Positions 59,986 to 64,000 of a DNA stretch of 64,000 nucleotides are shown one piece after another; the first letter of the stretch is position 1, and every line of letters begins with the position of its first letter. Source of the DNA: Nocardioides sp. (GTDB lineage Bacteria; Actinomycetota; Actinomycetes; Propionibacteriales; Nocardioidaceae); NCBI GenBank assembly GCA_046590395.1, contig JBKJUE010000047.1:2899-66898 (forward strand), read 5' to 3'. Made by a program: the position numbers and the translations under genes. The notes under the pieces were generated by a model. The model was not told the origin of the DNA and made no database searches. It worked only from the letters and a program-made list of their open reading frames with translations.

Positions 59986-60387
59986 TCAGGAGGTCGTCCG
60001 GCACTGCTGGGCGGTGTGGGTCTGCCGCGCCTCGTCGGTGCAGGTGTCCGGCGGCAGAGCGAGCAGGACCAGCGCGAGGACGGGGCACAGCACCACGGGC
60101 AGCGGCGCCAGCCAGCGCCAGCTGCCGCCCGCGCTCCAGAACGCCACCACGAGGACCACGGCCAGCACCGCGGAGATCGCGAGCGTCCAGACCCCGGGGA
60201 CGTACCAGGCGTCGTCGGCGTTGACCCCGCACGCCCAGCCCTGCAGCGAGGCGTCCGCCGGGAAGGTGGCCGCGACATCGCTCACGCCGCAGGTCGTCGT
60301 CAGGAAGTGACCGAAGGCCGAGATGTGGCCGGCGAGCGAGCCGGCCACCGCCAGCACCATGCCGAACGCCGGGACGAGGAACTTCAC
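59986..60387 (-). CDS. Hypothetical membrane protein
   Basis: 133 aa with three hydrophobic segments; lies between topA and tmk. Confidence 0.6.
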   Translation of the reverse strand: MKFLVPAFGMVLAVAGSLAGHISAFGHFLTTTCGVSDVAATFPADASLQGWACGVNADDAWYVPGVWTLAISAVLAVVLVVAFWSAGGSWRWLAPLPVVLCPVLALVLLALPPDTCTDEARQTHTAQQCRTTS

Positions 60388-60426
60388 CCCGTGAGTATCG
60401 CCCCGCGGACCCCGCCGATCGGTGAC

Positions 60427-63114
60427 CTACGACTTCTTGGCGGCAGCCTTCTTGGCGGGCTTCTTCTTCGTCGTCTTCTTCGCCGCCGACTTCTTGGCGC
60501 CCTTCTTTGCCGACTTCTTGGCCGGACCCTTGGCACGGCGCTCGGCGAGCAGCTCGGCGGCGCGCTCGAGGGTGACCTCCTCGACGGAGTCGTCCTTGCG
60601 GAGCGTGGCGTTGTACTCGCCGTCGGTGACGTACTCGCCGAACCGGCCGGCCTTCACCACGATCGGCTGCCCGGAGACCGGGTCGTTGCCGAGCTCCTTG
60701 AGCGGCGCAGTCGCGGCACCGCGCCCGCGCTGCTTGGGCTGGGCGTAGATGGCCAGCGCCTCGTCGATAGTGATCGTCAGCAGCTGGTCCTCGGTGGTGA
60801 GTGACCGGGAGTCGGTGCCCTTCTTGAGGTACGGGCCGTAGCGGCCGTTCTGCGCCGTGATCTCCTCGCCGTCGGCGTCGGTGCCGACCACGCGCGGCAG
60901 CGACAGCAGCGTGAGCGCCTCCTCGAGCGTGATCGCGTCGAGCGTCATCGACTTGAACAGCGAGCCGGTCCGCGGCTTGGCCGACTTGGGCGCGTCCTCG
61001 GGCAGCAGCTCGGTGACGTAGGGGCCGTAACGGCCGTTCTTGGCCACGACCTGGAGACCCGTGTCGGGGTGGACTCCGAGTTCGATCTCCTCGCCGGCCG
61101 GGTTGGCGAACAGCTCCTTCGCCTTCTCGAGCGTCAGCTCGTCCGGCGGCAGGTCGTCGGGCACGTTGGCGCGCTTGCCGGTCGGGTTGCCCTCGTCGTC
61201 CGGCCCCTCGAGGTAGGGGCCGTAGCGGCCGACCCGGAGGTTGATGCCGGAGTCGGGGTCGCCGATCGGGAACGTCGCCAGCTCGCGGGCGTCGATCTCA
61301 CCGAGCTCGGTGACCAGGGCGTGCAGCCCCTTCACCCGCTCGGAGCCGTAGTAGAACTCGCCGAGCTCCTCGGCCCGGTTCTTCCGGCCGCCCGCGATCT
61401 CGTCGAGGACGTCCTCCATCTGGGCGGTGAACTCGTAGGACACGTGCCGCGGGAAGTGCTCCTCGAGCAGCCGGATCACCGAGAACGCCAGCCAGGCCGG
61501 GACGAGCGCGTTGCCCTTCTTGTAGACGTAGCCGCGGTCCACGATCGTCTTGATGATCGAGGCGTACGTCGACGGGCGGCCGATCTCGCGCTCCTCGAGC
61601 TCCTTGACCAGCGTCGCCTCGGTGTAGCGGGACGGCGGCTTGGTCTCGTGACCGGACGCGGAGACCGACGCCGCCGAGACCGGTTCGCCCTCCTTGAGCG
61701 CGGGAAGACGGGTCTCGGCATCGTCCCTCGCCGCTGACGCGTCGTCGGTGCCCTCGACGTACGCCTTGAGGAAGCCGTGGAAGGTGATGGTGCGACCGCT
61801 GGAGGAGAAGACGACGTCCTCGCCGGTGGAGGCGCCGCCACCGATCCGGATCGTCACCGTGTTGCCGATCGCGTCCTTCATCTGGGAGGCGACGGTGCGC
61901 ATCCAGATCAGCTCGTAGAGCCGGAACTGCTCACCGGTGAGGCCGGTCTGCGCGGGGGTGCGGAAGCTGTCACCCGACGGACGGATCGCCTCGTGCGCCT
62001 CCTGCGCGTTCTTCACCTTCGAGGCGTAGGTGCGGGGCGCGTCGGGGAGGTACTCCGCGCCGTACAGCTCACGGACCTGGGCCCGCGCGGCGTCGACCGC
62101 CGTCCCCGACAGGGTCGAGGAGTCGGTGCGCATGTAGGTGATGAAGCCGTTCTCATAGAGCCGCTGGGCGACGGACATCGTGGTCGACGCGCCCATGCCG
62201 AGCTTGCGGCTGGCCTCCTGCTGGAGGGTGGTCGTGCGGAACGGTGCGTACGGCGACCGCCGGTAGGGCTTGGACTCGACGGACCGGACGTCGTACGTCG
62301 TGTCGCGCAGGCCGTCGACCAGGGCCTCGGCGTGGCTGCGGTCGAGGTGGACGACCTTGCCGTCGGCGGTGGACTTGAGCAGCCCGTCGGGGCCGAAGTC
62401 GGAGCCGCGGGCGACCCGGGCGCCGTCGATGGAGTGGAGCTTGGCGGGGAACATCCGCTGCTCGTGCTTGCTGCCGGCGTCGAACGTGCCCTCGAGGTCC
62501 CAGTAGGACGCGAGCTTGAACTTGATCCGCTCCCGCTCGCGGTCGACGACGAGCCGGGTGGCGACGGACTGGACCCGACCGGCGGAGAGGCCGGACATGA
62601 CCTTCTTCCACAGCACCGGCGAGACCTCGTAGCCGTAGAGGCGGTCGAGGATGCGACGCGCCTCCTGGGCCTCGACGAGGTCCATGTCGAGGTCGCGGGG
62701 ATTCTCGGCGGCGGCCAGGATCGCGGGCTTGGTGATCTCGTGGAAGACCATCCGCTTGACTGGGATGCCCTTGGGCTTGAGCTCGTCGAGGAGGTGCCAG
62801 GCGATGGCCTCGCCCTCGCGGTCCTCATCGGTGGCGAGGTAGAGCTCGTCGGCGTCCTTGAGCAGGTTCTTCAGCTTGCGCACCTGGTCGCGCTGGCGGT
62901 GCGGCACGACGTAGTAGGGCTCGAAGTCGTTCTCGACGTCGACCGCGAGCCGGCCCCAGGGCTTGTCCTTGATCTTCGCGGGGGTGTCGGCAGCGCTGTT
63001 GGGCAGGTCACGGATGTGGCCGACGGAGGACTCGACGACGTAGCCCGAGCCGAGGAAGCCCCCGATCTTCTGGGCCTTCGCCGGGGACTCGACGATCACC
63101 AACTTGTGTGCCAC
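60427..63114 (-). CDS. topA: DNA topoisomerase I (actinobacterial type)
   Basis: LVIVESPAKA, ATDEDREGE, SAGRVQS, ITYMRTDS, Topo_C GRYGPY repeats and a Lys-rich tail. Confidence 0.98.
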   Translation of the reverse strand: MAHKLVIVESPAKAQKIGGFLGSGYVVESSVGHIRDLPNSAADTPAKIKDKPWGRLAVDVENDFEPYYVVPHRQRDQVRKLKNLLKDADELYLATDEDREGEAIAWHLLDELKPKGIPVKRMVFHEITKPAILAAAENPRDLDMDLVEAQEARRILDRLYGYEVSPVLWKKVMSGLSAGRVQSVATRLVVDRERERIKFKLASYWDLEGTFDAGSKHEQRMFPAKLHSIDGARVARGSDFGPDGLLKSTADGKVVHLDRSHAEALVDGLRDTTYDVRSVESKPYRRSPYAPFRTTTLQQEASRKLGMGASTTMSVAQRLYENGFITYMRTDSSTLSGTAVDAARAQVRELYGAEYLPDAPRTYASKVKNAQEAHEAIRPSGDSFRTPAQTGLTGEQFRLYELIWMRTVASQMKDAIGNTVTIRIGGGASTGEDVVFSSSGRTITFHGFLKAYVEGTDDASAARDDAETRLPALKEGEPVSAASVSASGHETKPPSRYTEATLVKELEEREIGRPSTYASIIKTIVDRGYVYKKGNALVPAWLAFSVIRLLEEHFPRHVSYEFTAQMEDVLDEIAGGRKNRAEELGEFYYGSERVKGLHALVTELGEIDARELATFPIGDPDSGINLRVGRYGPYLEGPDDEGNPTGKRANVPDDLPPDELTLEKAKELFANPAGEEIELGVHPDTGLQVVAKNGRYGPYVTELLPEDAPKSAKPRTGSLFKSMTLDAITLEEALTLLSLPRVVGTDADGEEITAQNGRYGPYLKKGTDSRSLTTEDQLLTITIDEALAIYAQPKQRGRGAATAPLKELGNDPVSGQPIVVKAGRFGEYVTDGEYNATLRKDDSVEEVTLERAAELLAERRAKGPAKKSAKKGAKKSAAKKTTKKKPAKKAAAKKS

Positions 63115-63217
63115 TGCGCTGATTTCTCCTGCTGTTGAGCGAGATCCGTGGGCCCAGTTGGGCTCACGGCCGATCACGGTAGCGCGACCTGTCAATCCGG
63201 ATCCCGACCGGCCCTCC

Positions 63218-63371
63218 CCCACGAAGTGGCAGGTTCACCCCCACGAAGTGGCAGGTTCTCCGCCTCGAGGTGGCAACTTCTCCGGCGGTACGGCGGCCCC
63301 AGCCCGGAGTTTCTGCCACTTCGGACCGCACTTTCTGCCACTTCGTGGGGGAGTTTCTGCCACTTCGTGGG
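63218..63371. repeat. Palindromic 22-bp-period array (CGAAGTGGCAG family), copy 2
   Basis: Forward units start at 63222, 63244 and 63266; reverse units end at 63323, 63345 and 63367; 15-bp terminal IR CCCACGAAGTGGCAG. Confidence 0.92.
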
Positions 63372-64000
63372 TCAGGGGTGGGTGAGGAAGCCCTCGTCGA
63401 GGAGGTCGCGGACGACGGGGAGGTACGTCGTGTGGAGCTGCGCGGCGTCGCGGTCGAGGAGCTGGGCGAGGGCGTCGAGGATCTGGCCGAGGGAGAGCTC
63501 GCCGTCGCAGGCACCGACCAGGGCCGCCTCGACAGTGTCGGCCTTGCGGGCCCGCATCAGGCCGCGCTGCTGGCGCAGGACCAGGGTGCTCGGGTCCTCG
63601 GCTCCGGGGAGCCCGACCGTCTCCTGGACCACGTCGTCGCGGCGGACCAGGTGGTCGCCCAGGGCGACGGGCCGGTCGATCGCGCGTCCCCACGCGGCGA
63701 TGGCGGGGGCGACCGGCTGCTCGACGGCGTGCGGCCACTCGAGGAACGTGTGCGTCCCGCCCCCGGAGTCCCGACGACGGAGGTTGACCCAGCCGAAGCC
63801 GACGCCCTCGATCCCCTGCTCGTCGAACCACGACAGCCAGGTGTCGTACCGCTCCAGGTAGTCGTGCGTCCCGTGCCGGCCGGCGTCCTTCAGCCACAGC
63901 TCGACGTACGCCGCCGGGTCGAGCACCTCGCGCTGCACGGTGAACGCGTCGACACCGTCGGTCAGCCAGGAGCCGAGCCGTTCGTCCCACGGACGGTCCC
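63372..64000 (-). CDS. 3' part of a probable class I SAM methyltransferase; 5' end lies outside the window
   Basis: QREVLDPAAYVELWL.D, GVGFG and LVGACDGEL C-terminal region, as recalled for methyltransferases found upstream of topA in actinobacteria; the SAM motif itself is not in the window. Confidence 0.6.
   Translation of the reverse strand, partial: DRPWDERLGSWLTDGVDAFTVQREVLDPAAYVELWLKDAGRHGTHDYLERYDTWLSWFDEQGIEGVGFGWVNLRRRDSGGGTHTFLEWPHAVEQPVAPAIAAWGRAIDRPVALGDHLVRRDDVVQETVGLPGAEDPSTLVLRQQRGLMRARKADTVEAALVGACDGELSLGQILDALAQLLDRDAAQLHTTYLPVVRDLLDEGFLTHP

Noticed and set aside
60430-60525. Repeated CTTCTT/GGC motifs
   Set aside because: They encode the known Lys/Ala-rich C-terminal tail of actinobacterial TopA.
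59876-63371. Composite transposon carrying topA
   Set aside because: There is no transposase or target duplication, and topA-tmk-holB is the normal chromosomal order; two independent repeat insertions are more parsimonious.

Overview
High-GC actinobacterial chromosome segment. Gene order and content suggest a Nocardioides-like organism (inference). Left to right it contains: (i) a cell-wall polymer locus (IspD/SDR fusion, four sulfotransferase-fold genes, two TagF-like glycerophosphotransferases, a pyruvyltransferase/GT8 fusion, a TylF methyltransferase) with an osmoprotectant ABC transporter; (ii) the conserved ppa/dacB-tilS-hpt-ftsH-folEPBK block; (iii) an acyl-CoA oxidase, NlpC/P60, PAP2 and a TPP-riboswitch thiamine ABC transporter; (iv) an ECF41 sigma/CMD pair; (v) redox genes carrying two KstR-type operators; (vi) tRNA-Thr(CGT), LysR and holB-tmk-topA. 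The most notable non-genic structure is an ~713-bp cassette (814-1526): a stand-alone GIY-YIG nuclease gene enclosed by two mirror-image arrays of hairpin repeats with a perfect 18-bp terminal inverted repeat. This is REP/RAYT-like architecture but with a GIY-YIG enzyme. There are also three gene-less palindromic arrays with an exact 22-bp period, in two sequence families, each abutting a TGA stop codon, and a degenerate IS481-like miniature element carrying a small passenger gene. All product calls rest on motif recognition by eye; no database searches were run.
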